The notes under the pieces were generated by a model. That model was not told where the DNA came from. It saw only the letters and a list, made by a program, of their open reading frames with translations, and made no database searches. From a virus, in the IMG/VR virus record IMGVR_UViG_3300027708_000030, positions 32,001 to 96,000 of that record: a stretch of 64,000 nt of DNA. One strand, written 5' to 3'. Shown in pieces: positions 54,904 through 64,000 of this stretch (the stretch's first letter is position 1; each line of letters begins with the position of its first letter). The translations under genes were made by a program, and so were the position numbers.

Positions 54904-56391
54904 ATGGCAATATCAAGAATAAATTCAAGAGCAATCCTAGACGGAAGCGTTGTTGCTGCTGAGGTAGCTGATGGTGCTATTACACCTGCTAAACTGCAGA
55001 CTGGTGTTGATTTTACTGTCAATACGGTAAGAGTTGGTCTTGGTGCTGGTGCAGTTTCAAGTAATACTACATTAGGTGCATCTGCTCTAGATACAAACTC
55101 TAGCGGTGCTCAAAACGTAGCCATCGGATATACAGCACTACAGAAAAATACAACTGCCAGTGAAAATACTGCAGTTGGTCATGGTTCTTTAACAAATAAT
55201 ACAACTGGTGCAGAATCGGTTGCAATTGGTAGATTAGCATTATATACAAATACAACTGGTGGGCAAAATACTGCAGTTGGTAAACAAGCACTTGCTGGAA
55301 ACACCACAGCATCTAATAACACAGCAGTGGGTTATCAAGCTGGTTACTCAAATACAACTGCTTCTGGAATTACTGCTGTTGGAAATCAAGCTGGTTATAG
55401 TGTTGCAGGCAGAGATAATACATTTATTGGCGTAAGTTCAGGTTTGTGGCAAACATCAGGGCTTGAAAATACTGCTGTTGGTAAAAATTCTTTTGTAGGA
55501 ACCAACGGAAGCGCAACTGGTGGTGGTAATAGTGCATTTGGTGTAGGAACTTTAAGTGCTAATACTAGCGGTAGTTATGATGTTGCGCTAGGTAACTATT
55601 CTTTAACATCAAACACAAGCGGTGGATACAATACAGCAGTTGGTTATCAATCTTTACAAGCCAACACCACAGCCTCTCAAAACACAGCAGTAGGTTATCA
55701 AGCGGGGTATACAAGCGTACTTGGAACAAATAACACCTTTATTGGTTATGGTGCTGGTTATACATCTAATGCTGCTACAACTACTGGTTATAACACTGCT
55801 GTTGGTGCTTATGCAGGATACAGTTTAACCACAGGAACACGCAATACCTTTATTGGTTCATTTCAATCTGGCGGTACTGCTGGCTCTGGTTCTGCTGTAA
55901 CTACTGGAGGTGCCAACACTATTATTGGTGCTTACACAGGAAATGGTAGTGGCTTAGATATTCGCACATCAAGTAACCGCATTGTAATATCAGATGGTGA
56001 CGGCAGCCCAAGGCTCTATTATGACAACAACGGTGCTATTCAATCTACAAGTGCAGTAGGTAATGGTACTTTATATCCAGCTTATTTCTGTCGTGCTTGG
56101 GTAAACTTTACTGGATCAAGTGGTTCAATTAACGGAAGTGGAAACGTAAGTTCTGTTACTAGGAATGCAACAGGTGATTACACAATTAATTTAACAACAG
56201 CTATGCCAGATGCAACATACGCAATCACTGGCTGCTTAAAGCCAACAACAGGACAAGCTGGAAATAATGCTAGAGATGTTCACGTAAAATATGATGCTAC
56301 TCCAACTACTTCTTCATTCAGAGTTAATACAGCTACCGCTAGTGCTGGATATGAAGACCCAGACAATGTTTATTTAGCAATTTTTAGATAA
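54904..56391 (+). CDS. trimeric adhesin with YadA-like NTAVG repeats
   Basis: Many 14-aa NTAVGYQA repeats; CRAWVNF..NVSSVT..TGDYTIN head. Confidence 0.8.
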   Translation: MAISRINSRAILDGSVVAAEVADGAITPAKLQTGVDFTVNTVRVGLGAGAVSSNTTLGASALDTNSSGAQNVAIGYTALQKNTTASENTAVGHGSLTNNTTGAESVAIGRLALYTNTTGGQNTAVGKQALAGNTTASNNTAVGYQAGYSNTTASGITAVGNQAGYSVAGRDNTFIGVSSGLWQTSGLENTAVGKNSFVGTNGSATGGGNSAFGVGTLSANTSGSYDVALGNYSLTSNTSGGYNTAVGYQSLQANTTASQNTAVGYQAGYTSVLGTNNTFIGYGAGYTSNAATTTGYNTAVGAYAGYSLTTGTRNTFIGSFQSGGTAGSGSAVTTGGANTIIGAYTGNGSGLDIRTSSNRIVISDGDGSPRLYYDNNGAIQSTSAVGNGTLYPAYFCRAWVNFTGSSGSINGSGNVSSVTRNATGDYTINLTTAMPDATYAITGCLKPTTGQAGNNARDVHVKYDATPTTSSFRVNTATASAGYEDPDNVYLAIFR

Positions 56392-56400
56392 GAGACAGAC

Positions 56401-56820
56401 ATGGAAAAAGTAATTATTTATACAAACGAAAACGGAAATGTAAGCATAACTTTTCCTGCGCCAGAATTTTTAGAAACCCACATAATTGAAGATGTGTTGG
56501 CTAAAGACTGTCCTGATCATGCTATTATCGTTGATGATTCTACACTACCAACAGATCATGATTTTTTTAATGCTTGGAGACTAGTTGATGGTGTAGTTTC
56601 TGTTAATTTAGATGCTGCTAAAGAAATTAAAAAAGAAGAATTAAGATTTGCAAGAACTCCACTATTACAAATACAAGATGTAGCGTTCCAAAGAGCACTT
56701 GAGACTGGTGCTGATACTTCTTCAATCGTTGCTGAGAAACAAAGACTTAGAGATATTACAAAATTCGCAGATGCAGCTACTACACTAGAACAATTAAGAG
56801 CAATCTCCATAGACGAATAA
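56401..56820 (+). CDS. tail fibre assembly chaperone
   Basis: LP.D..F.NAW, R.PLL...DV.F.RALE, KQRLRDIT. Confidence 0.7.
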   Translation: MEKVIIYTNENGNVSITFPAPEFLETHIIEDVLAKDCPDHAIIVDDSTLPTDHDFFNAWRLVDGVVSVNLDAAKEIKKEELRFARTPLLQIQDVAFQRALETGADTSSIVAEKQRLRDITKFADAATTLEQLRAISIDE

Positions 56821-56839
56821 ATAAACAAAGAGGTTAAAC

Positions 56840-57043
56840 ATGGCACTCACAAGAATAGAAACTGATGGCATTAAAGACTTGGCAGTCACTACACCAAAGA
56901 TTGCCAATGATGCCATCACAACAGCAAAAATTGCAACTGGTGCAGTTACCAGTTCAGACATTCTAGACGGCACAGTAGATTCAGTAGATGTAACCAGCAA
57001 CGTGCTTGATGGTTCACTTGCTTACTCTCTAGTGTTCTCTTAA
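56840..57043 (+). CDS. short fibre-shaft peptide
   Basis: AVTT.KIA repeats; hydrophobic C-terminus. Confidence 0.55.
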   Translation: MALTRIETDGIKDLAVTTPKIANDAITTAKIATGAVTSSDILDGTVDSVDVTSNVLDGSLAYSLVFS

Positions 57044-57057
57044 TCAAGGAAAATTAA

Positions 57058-57384
57058 ATGGCATCCGCATTCAAATCAGCTGCAACTACTCTGTCAACTA
57101 CTAGTAGAACAGATCTTTATACTGCACCAGCGTCAACTACAAGTGTGGTGCACAATCTTACTATCGCCAATATCGATGGAACAAACAGCGCAACTATTAC
57201 TATTGAAGTGTACAAAAGTGCTGCAACTACATACTACAAACTGGCATACCTAGTTCCAGTGCCAGCAGGTTCAACATTGATTTTTGATAAGCCAATCAAT
57301 CTAGAAACTGGCGACAAGATCAGTTTGACTGCATCTGCGTCAAATGCTCTTTCTGGTTTTGTTTCAGTAATGCAGATCACTTAA
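57058..57384 (+). CDS. small virion adaptor protein
   Basis: Paralog of 50921-51244 (LYTAP..VPAGSTL..KPINLETGD). Confidence 0.65.
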   Translation: MASAFKSAATTLSTTSRTDLYTAPASTTSVVHNLTIANIDGTNSATITIEVYKSAATTYYKLAYLVPVPAGSTLIFDKPINLETGDKISLTASASNALSGFVSVMQIT

Positions 57385-57393
57385 GGATAAGAC

Positions 57394-58473
57394 ATGGCTC
57401 TTACTCAAGTTCAGAGTGGAATTTTAGCAGATAGTACCCAGACATACGGTATGAAAAACCGCATCATTAATGGTGCGATGGTGATTGACCAGCGTAATGC
57501 GGGGGCTAGTGTTACTCCAGCTTCTAATCCAACTTATACATTGGATAGATGGGTTTACACATATTCACAAAATTCTAAATTTAGCGTTCAACAAAACGCT
57601 GGTTCTGTAACTCCACCCGCAGGATTTACAAACTATATTGGGTTTACTTCTTTAGCGGCAACATCATTAGGCTCAACTGACTATTTTATTTTGCGTCAAA
57701 TGGTGGAAGGCTTTAATACGGCAGACCTCGCTTTTGGAACAGCATCAGCCAAAACCATCACCCTCAGTTTTTGGGTGCGTAGTTCTTTAACTGGTACTTT
57801 TGGTGGTGCAATTTCCAATTCGGGTGAAAGCAGAAATTACCCTTTTACTTACACAATTTCTTCTGCAAACACTTGGGAACAAAAGTCAGTAACCATTGCT
57901 GGTGATACATCAGGAACTTGGTTGACTACCAATGGTATTGGCATTGAATTAAGCATAGGTCTTGGTGTTGGTTCTACTTATAGTGGAACTGCTGGTGCGT
58001 GGACAAGTTCGCTTTTTGTTTGTGCTACAGGTGCTACTAATGTGGCTGGCACAAACGGAGCAACCTTCTACATTACTGGTGTGCAACTAGAAAAAGGCAG
58101 TACCGCAACATCGTTTGATTACAGACCTTATGGGACTGAGTTGCAGTTATGTCAGAGGTATTTTGCTAAATTGAGTGCTGCTGGTGCAGCATATACAGCA
58201 TTTGGTGTTGCTAGAGGAAACGGTGCATCAAGTGTTTATGCTTATCTTAAATACCCAACAACAATGCGTTCAGCCCCTACAACCGTGCAATCTAATACAG
58301 GAGTTAATTTTCCTAGTCAAGCCTCAATAACTGCGATAACTGCAACGTATGACGGTCTTGATTCGTCTGGGGTTGAAATGTCAACATCAGCAACTATTGG
58401 TGCTGGTATTTGTGCGTTATGGAATGCGAATAATAATGGTGCTGCATTTGTTACTTTAAGCGCAGAACTTTAG
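57394..58473 (+). CDS. fibre/adhesin family A, copy 2
   Basis: Same motifs as 51247-52449. Confidence 0.75.
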   Translation: MALTQVQSGILADSTQTYGMKNRIINGAMVIDQRNAGASVTPASNPTYTLDRWVYTYSQNSKFSVQQNAGSVTPPAGFTNYIGFTSLAATSLGSTDYFILRQMVEGFNTADLAFGTASAKTITLSFWVRSSLTGTFGGAISNSGESRNYPFTYTISSANTWEQKSVTIAGDTSGTWLTTNGIGIELSIGLGVGSTYSGTAGAWTSSLFVCATGATNVAGTNGATFYITGVQLEKGSTATSFDYRPYGTELQLCQRYFAKLSAAGAAYTAFGVARGNGASSVYAYLKYPTTMRSAPTTVQSNTGVNFPSQASITAITATYDGLDSSGVEMSTSATIGAGICALWNANNNGAAFVTLSAEL

Positions 58474-58482
58474 GAGACATGA

Positions 58483-58644
58483 ATGTATAAACAATCTAAA
58501 TCTTTTATGGAAAATATGAAGATAGTATCAGTAATTCGTTTGTCTGATGGCGCATCTATTCCTTTTGACCCTAACAACACAGACTACCAAGAATACCTAA
58601 AGTGGGTTGCAGAAGGTAATACACCACTCCCAGCAGAGGAATAA
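58483..58644 (+). CDS. 53-aa partner of family A fibre
   Basis: [23 protein letters not shown]. Confidence 0.75.
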   Translation: MYKQSKSFMENMKIVSVIRLSDGASIPFDPNNTDYQEYLKWVAEGNTPLPAEE

Positions 58645-58652
58645 ATAAGTAT

Positions 58653-59693
58653 ATGTACTTAGGCAATCAACCACTCTCAGCGTCTTACCTAACTGATTAC
58701 TTCAGTGGTAACAACACGACTGTAGCATTCACTCTTTCAAGAGCACCAGTATCTGCTTCTTCTGTTATCATCACTATTTCTGGTGTTAAACAGGCAGCAT
58801 CCACATACGGTGTTTCTGGAACAACTCTAACATTCTCTGCTGCACCTCCAACTGGCACAAACAATATTGAAGTGTTACATCTTGGTGTTCAGCCAGATAC
58901 AGTTGTTCAACCATCATACAGAACAATCACAGAATTTACAGCGACTGCAGGACAGACTACTTTCTCTCCTGCTAGTTACACTGCTGGATACATTGATGTG
59001 TATCGCAATGGTGTTAAGTTAGGATCTGCAGACTTCACAGCAACAAATGGTACTAGCGTAGTATTGGCAAATGCCTGTGCAGCTGGTGACTATGTTCGCT
59101 TTGAAGGATTCTTGATCACAACATTTAATAATGCGATTGCCAATACCAATGGTGCTGTTGGTGATAGTTTAATTGCTTCAGTTTCTGCAAGTAAGTTGAC
59201 AGGAACACAAACCATACCAAGAGGCACATTGCCTACGGGGTCTGTGTTGCAGGTGGTGCAAACTGTTAAAACAGATACTTTTTCAACAACATCAGGCTCT
59301 TTAACTGATATAACTGGAATGTCTGTAAGTATTACTCCCACAAGTGCAACAAGTAAAATTTTAGTGCAGTATTTTATTGGAGAAATTGGTCCTGGAAATG
59401 ATGAAGCACTTGGTATTGCATTATTAAGAGGCTCTACTGTTATTGGTGCTGGAGCAACTGCGGGAAGCCGTACTTTAACTTCTACCGCTGCAGTTTATGC
59501 AAATGATAGAGGTGCTCCTCAAGCATTTTGTTTTTTAGATTCACCAGCAACTACATCTTCAACAACTTATAAATTACAAATTTATGTAAATGGCGGAAAC
59601 ACAGTTCATGTTAATAGGTCTTCAACAGACACAGACAGCACAACATATGCAAGAACAGCATCAACAATTACAGCTATGGAGATTGCGGCATGA
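58653..59693 (+). CDS. fibre/adhesin family B, copy 1
   Basis: MYLG start; ATAGQTTF; GSVLQVVQ..SITPTS..SKIL..DSP.TTS..TY..MEIA. Confidence 0.7.
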   Translation: MYLGNQPLSASYLTDYFSGNNTTVAFTLSRAPVSASSVIITISGVKQAASTYGVSGTTLTFSAAPPTGTNNIEVLHLGVQPDTVVQPSYRTITEFTATAGQTTFSPASYTAGYIDVYRNGVKLGSADFTATNGTSVVLANACAAGDYVRFEGFLITTFNNAIANTNGAVGDSLIASVSASKLTGTQTIPRGTLPTGSVLQVVQTVKTDTFSTTSGSLTDITGMSVSITPTSATSKILVQYFIGEIGPGNDEALGIALLRGSTVIGAGATAGSRTLTSTAAVYANDRGAPQAFCFLDSPATTSSTTYKLQIYVNGGNTVHVNRSSTDTDSTTYARTASTITAMEIAA

Positions 59694-59962
59694 ACCACAA
59701 AGCAATTTATGCTCTTTACACAAATGTTGTCACTATTGATGACGGCACTGGCGCTTTTGATAAAGACGGCAACAAAGTAACTATTGATATGTTGGCAGTT
59801 AACGCATGGGTTGACCCCAAAGCATATGTAGCCAAGCGTGCGTCAGAATATCCTACCATCGGTGATCAATTAGATGCACTATGGAAAGGTGGCGATGCAG
59901 CTGCCGAAATGCTTGCAAAAGTACAAGCAGTAAAGAACAAGTATCCTAAGGGAACAGAATAA
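59690..59962 (+). CDS. partner/chaperone of family B fibre
   Basis: R.SEYP.I.DQLD.L...VK.KYPK. Confidence 0.65.
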   Translation: MNHKAIYALYTNVVTIDDGTGAFDKDGNKVTIDMLAVNAWVDPKAYVAKRASEYPTIGDQLDALWKGGDAAAEMLAKVQAVKNKYPKGTE

Positions 59963-61047
59963 TGACACAAGCAGTCACATTAGCGCAAATAGGTTCTAAT
60001 AATGGAACCTTCCGCAATAAGATTATTAATGGTGCAATGGTTATCGATCAGCGCAATGCTGGTGGAAGTGTCACACCATCTGGTGACCAATATACTGTAG
60101 ACAGATGGCAAATTGCAATCGGTAGTTCTGGTGCATGGGTATCTGTACAACAAAATTCTGGTAATGCTCCAGTCAACCAAGGTTTTGCTCAATGTCTAAA
60201 ACTAACTTCTACTGGTGCCAATACACCTTCTAGTGGCTCAATTCATGTGTTACAACAAAGAATAGAAGGTAACAATATTGCAGATTTATGTTTTGGTACT
60301 GCCAATGCAAAAACAATTACATTATCATTCTGGGTTAATCAAAGCGTGACTGGTACATATGGTGGTGTTGTGACTAATAATGGTATAACTAGAGCGTATG
60401 GTTTTACTTATACTATCAATTCAGCAAATACTTGGGAATATAAAACAGCAACAATTCCTGGAGATACAACTGGCACTTGGGTAATTGATAATGGTATTGG
60501 AATGAGAGTTATATTTAACACAGGTAGTGGATCTGGACAATGCATTACAGCTGGAAGTTGGCAAACTGGTACTGGTGGTATATATGGTGTTTCTGGTGTA
60601 CAAACGCTTTCTTCAACATCTGGTGCTACTATGTATCTTACTGGTGTCCAGTTAGAAGCTGGTACTGTACCAACATCATTTGAACTTCGTTCTTATAGTA
60701 AAGAACTATTGATGTGCCAAAGATACTACGAACTAACTGGTTTTGGTAATATTGCTATTTTTGAATCTGGTTCAACATATGTTATGAACTTAGTTTATAA
60801 AGTCACTAAACGAGCGCAACCATCAATTGGTCTGTATTGGACTTCAAATATTCGTGTTAGACAATTTGGTACTTCCGACAGAGATGCTTCATCTCCAGGT
60901 GTGGGTAGTACAGCAGGTAGCTCAAATGGTGGATATATTAAAATAAATGGATTTGGCTCGGTTGGGGCAACTAGTTCGGTAGCAGGTATTGGGTTTACTA
61001 CTTCGTCAGAAAATGGCGATTTATTTTCCATTAGTGCGGAGTTATAA
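59962..61047 (+). CDS. fibre/adhesin family A, copy 3
   Basis: Family A motifs. Confidence 0.75.
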   Translation: MTQAVTLAQIGSNNGTFRNKIINGAMVIDQRNAGGSVTPSGDQYTVDRWQIAIGSSGAWVSVQQNSGNAPVNQGFAQCLKLTSTGANTPSSGSIHVLQQRIEGNNIADLCFGTANAKTITLSFWVNQSVTGTYGGVVTNNGITRAYGFTYTINSANTWEYKTATIPGDTTGTWVIDNGIGMRVIFNTGSGSGQCITAGSWQTGTGGIYGVSGVQTLSSTSGATMYLTGVQLEAGTVPTSFELRSYSKELLMCQRYYELTGFGNIAIFESGSTYVMNLVYKVTKRAQPSIGLYWTSNIRVRQFGTSDRDASSPGVGSTAGSSNGGYIKINGFGSVGATSSVAGIGFTTSSENGDLFSISAEL

Positions 61048-61049
61048 AA

Positions 61050-61199
61050 ATGTATAAATTAACTAAAGAAAACGATTCTGTTGTAAAAGATAATATATTG
61101 AGTATTCCATTTGCTGAAGATAATACAGACTATCAAGAATATCTAAAATGGGTTGCTGAAGGTAACACTCCACAACCAGCAGACGAACCACAGGAATAA
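61050..61199 (+). CDS. 49-aa partner of family A fibre
   Basis: [23 protein letters not shown]. Confidence 0.75.
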   Translation: MYKLTKENDSVVKDNILSIPFAEDNTDYQEYLKWVAEGNTPQPADEPQE

Positions 61200-61202
61200 C
61201 AA

Positions 61203-62024
61203 ATGGCTTACTTAGGTCGTGTAAAACCAACTGAAACTACATCCAGTGTATTAAGATCTACATACACTGGTAATGGTTCAACCACAACATATGCTCTTCC
61301 TGGTCCAGTTGCCAATGAGACATCAATTATCGCAACTATCAATGGTGTGACTCAGCAAGACGCTGCATACTCTACTGATGGTTCAAATATTATCTTTGTT
61401 GCTGCACCTGCACTTGGTGATAGCATCGAAATCCGTACACTCTCTGCAGTTGCCATGAGTTATGCTCCAAGTGCTGGCTCTGTTGTTACTGGTATTATTG
61501 CTGATGGTGCAGTTACTACTGCAAAGATTAATGACGCTTCTGTGACTGGTGCAAAACTAGCCACTGGTGCAGCTGTTGCAAATATTGGTGCTAGAGCCAT
61601 TACTGTTGGTCAAGTTCCTGCTGGATCTGTGATTCAAGTAGTTTCATCTCAGCCTATCAATCTTTCATCTACAACTGCAAACGCTGTTTTAACATCTTTA
61701 AGTATAACACCATCAAGTGCTTCATCAAGAATACTTCTTTTTGGTAGCGTTGAAGGTGAAAGAAATGGTGGTTCTGCTGGCAATTATATTTTTGGACAAT
61801 TAAGAAAAAATACAACAAATATACGAGGATTTATGAACGCTGCTGGTTATCAACAAACAACAGGTGCTAGAAATTATAATTCATTTGCATATATCGATTC
61901 TCCTTCAACAACATCGGCTATAACATATGATTTATGGGTTGACCACACAACTTCAGGTGCAGCATCTGGCATAACTTGGGGTTGGTACTCAGCATCAATT
62001 CATGCATTGGAGATTGCATCGTGA
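61203..62024 (+). CDS. fibre/adhesin family B, copy 2
   Basis: MAYLG start; GSVIQVV..SITPSS.SSRIL..DSP.TTS.ITY..LEIA. Confidence 0.7.
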   Translation: MAYLGRVKPTETTSSVLRSTYTGNGSTTTYALPGPVANETSIIATINGVTQQDAAYSTDGSNIIFVAAPALGDSIEIRTLSAVAMSYAPSAGSVVTGIIADGAVTTAKINDASVTGAKLATGAAVANIGARAITVGQVPAGSVIQVVSSQPINLSSTTANAVLTSLSITPSSASSRILLFGSVEGERNGGSAGNYIFGQLRKNTTNIRGFMNAAGYQQTTGARNYNSFAYIDSPSTTSAITYDLWVDHTTSGAASGITWGWYSASIHALEIAS

Positions 62025-62329
62025 AATCACAAATTAGAGGACATTTAATCGCTGAAGCAATAAGTTCTTTGCGCCCACTATCTTTGTATACGGTAGGTTC
62101 AGATGAAAGTATTAATTGGATTGATACAGTTCAAACTCAACCAACACAAGCAGAAATTGAAGCAGAAATTATCCGTCTTCAAGCTGAGTATAATACTAAA
62201 CAATATCAAAGACTTCGTGCTGCAGAATACCCATCCTACGCAGACCAGTTTGATACAATTTTCCATGAAGGTATTGATGCATGGAAAGCACAGATTCAAG
62301 CAGTTAAAGACAAATATCCTAAGGTCTAA
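62021..62329 (+). CDS. partner/chaperone of family B fibre
   Basis: GTGA overlap; R.AEYPS.ADQ.D...VKDKYPK. Confidence 0.65.
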   Translation: MKSQIRGHLIAEAISSLRPLSLYTVGSDESINWIDTVQTQPTQAEIEAEIIRLQAEYNTKQYQRLRAAEYPSYADQFDTIFHEGIDAWKAQIQAVKDKYPKV

Positions 62330-62332
62330 GAA

Positions 62333-63379
62333 ATGCCATTAACACAAATTACTACCAGTAATATCGACACAACAAATTCGTTGTTCTTCCGCAATCGTAT
62401 CATTAATGGTGCGATGATGATTGACCAAAGAAATGCTGGAGGTAGTGTTACAGTAGCTAGTTCTTCTGTATATACATTAGACAGATGGGCTACATTAAAT
62501 GTGGCAAGTTCTAAATTTTCTGTGCAACAGAATGCTGGTTCTGTTACTCCACCACCTGGCTTTACTAATTATCTTGGTTTAACTTCATTAGCAGCTACAA
62601 GTCTTGCAGCTGGTGATTATTATCAAGTATTACAGACAATCGAAGGAACTAATATTTCTGATTTAGATTGGGGTAAATCCACTGCTAAATCAATTACTGT
62701 ATCATTTTGGGTACGCTCAAGTCTTATAGGAAATCATGGAGGAGCACTTTTAAATGATGGTAATGCTCGTTCATATCCATTCTCATATACTATTAATTCT
62801 GCAAATACTTGGGAATATAAAACAATTACTATTGCTGGTGACACATCAGGTACTTGGTTAACAACTAATGGTATTGGTTTACAATTGCGTTTTTCTTTGG
62901 GTATTGGTTCTACATATACTACTACTGCGGGTGCATGGGTTTCTGGAGTTTATGGTGCTCCAACAGGATCAGTAAATATTGCTGGAACAAACGGAGCAAC
63001 TTTCTATATTACTGGTGTACAGTTAGAAGTTGGTACTGCTGCGACTGCATTTGAGCGTCGTCCATATGGTACTGAGTTAGAATTGTGTCAGAGATATTAT
63101 GGATATTACCCATCAGTAACATTCACAAACCCATCTACAGCTTTATACAATGGATTTATTTTACATTATAAAGTTACAATGAGAGGAACTCCTACGGTTG
63201 TGTGTTATAGTACAGCTACAGGAGCAGCAAATAAATTACGATATCAAGATGGTGCAGCTGATATCACCACTTATCAAGGTGGAACCAATGCTAATACAGT
63301 TTCAATAGCTGCAAATAATTCAAGCACTAATGGTGGGTCAAATATGTTCGTTACTGTTACATGCGATGCGGAGTTATAA
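62333..63379 (+). CDS. fibre/adhesin family A, copy 4
   Basis: Family A motifs. Confidence 0.75.
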   Translation: MPLTQITTSNIDTTNSLFFRNRIINGAMMIDQRNAGGSVTVASSSVYTLDRWATLNVASSKFSVQQNAGSVTPPPGFTNYLGLTSLAATSLAAGDYYQVLQTIEGTNISDLDWGKSTAKSITVSFWVRSSLIGNHGGALLNDGNARSYPFSYTINSANTWEYKTITIAGDTSGTWLTTNGIGLQLRFSLGIGSTYTTTAGAWVSGVYGAPTGSVNIAGTNGATFYITGVQLEVGTAATAFERRPYGTELELCQRYYGYYPSVTFTNPSTALYNGFILHYKVTMRGTPTVVCYSTATGAANKLRYQDGAADITTYQGGTNANTVSIAANNSSTNGGSNMFVTVTCDAEL

Positions 63380-63381
63380 AA

Positions 63382-63537
63382 ATGTATAAACAAGTAAAAT
63401 CACCTGCTGGAATTATCTTAGATTATGTTATCAGAGAAACTGGTGGATGGATTCCATTCGATCCAGATAATAGAGACTACCAAGAATATCTAAAATGGTT
63501 AGAAGCAGGTAATACTCCGCTTCCTGCAGACGAATAA
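63382..63537 (+). CDS. 51-aa partner of family A fibre
   Basis: [23 protein letters not shown]. Confidence 0.75.
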   Translation: MYKQVKSPAGIILDYVIRETGGWIPFDPDNRDYQEYLKWLEAGNTPLPADE

Positions 63538-63566
63538 ATAACAGAGAACATCACAGAGAATAACCT

Positions 63567-64000
63567 ATGTATATTGGAAGAGATCCCATCTATGGCGCCT
63601 ACGAGTTACAAACGCTAACTCCAGACAGTAGCACAACTACATTCACTCTGACTTATGCCGTTGGTGCAGCTCCAGCCATCATGGTATTTTACGGTGGTGT
63701 ATATCAAACTCCAGGTGTGGCATATGCTTTATCAGGTGGTGGTACAAGCATTGTTTTCTCTGAAGCACCAGTAACTGGCACAACATTAATCATTGTCTAT
63801 CTCGGTCGTCAATTAACAGTTGCTCGTACTGCTGGACAAGAAACAACTACACAATCGTTTACTGGTGACGGAACAACTACCAGTTTTACACTAACAGATG
63901 CACCAGTTGTTTCTTCAGGTGTTCTAGTATTCATTGATGGTATTCAACAGAAACTTACAACACACTTTTCTGTTTCTGGCTCTAACATTATTTTCAACAC
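63567..64000 (+). CDS. further fibre protein (truncated by window end)
   Basis: MYIG start; FTGDGTTTSF repeats; frame open to the end. Confidence 0.7.
   Translation, partial: MYIGRDPIYGAYELQTLTPDSSTTTFTLTYAVGAAPAIMVFYGGVYQTPGVAYALSGGGTSIVFSEAPVTGTTLIIVYLGRQLTVARTAGQETTTQSFTGDGTTTSFTLTDAPVVSSGVLVFIDGIQQKLTTHFSVSGSNIIFN

Noticed and set aside
51247-63537. Diversity-generating retroelement or invertible shufflon
   Set aside because: No reverse transcriptase or recombinase in the window, no adenine-specific TR/VR pair seen, and the repeats are direct and in frame.

Overview
64 kb of a large, AT-rich T4-like myophage genome in the standard genetic code. The host is probably a betaproteobacterium, inferred from the IscU/IscA sequences and the tmRNA tag ANDAQFALAA. 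Layout: (1) 1-4.0 kb, an array of 22 CCA-ended tRNAs interleaved with several non-tRNA structured RNAs and two protein genes; (2) 4-16 kb, small early/middle genes around a ~600 bp non-coding control region with divergent promoters, a promoter-terminator-bounded sRNA and three 12-bp palindromes resembling SlmA binding sites; (3) 16-24 kb, host-derived genes (PhoH, GH19 endolysin, IscU, IscA, a circularly permuted two-piece tmRNA, OM beta-barrel, GroES, SleB-type hydrolase, ClpP); (4) 24-26 kb, gp33-gp59-gp32; (5) 26-50 kb, T4-like baseplate/tail genes (gp51, gp26, gp16, gp2, gp4, gp48, gp53, gp5, PAAR, gp25, gp6, gp7, gp8, a 2098-aa virion protein); (6) 50-64 kb, an array of fibre/adhesin genes each paired with a small downstream partner, including four paralogous cassettes with near-identical boundary sequences. 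All calls were made by eye from motifs and synteny; no searches were run.
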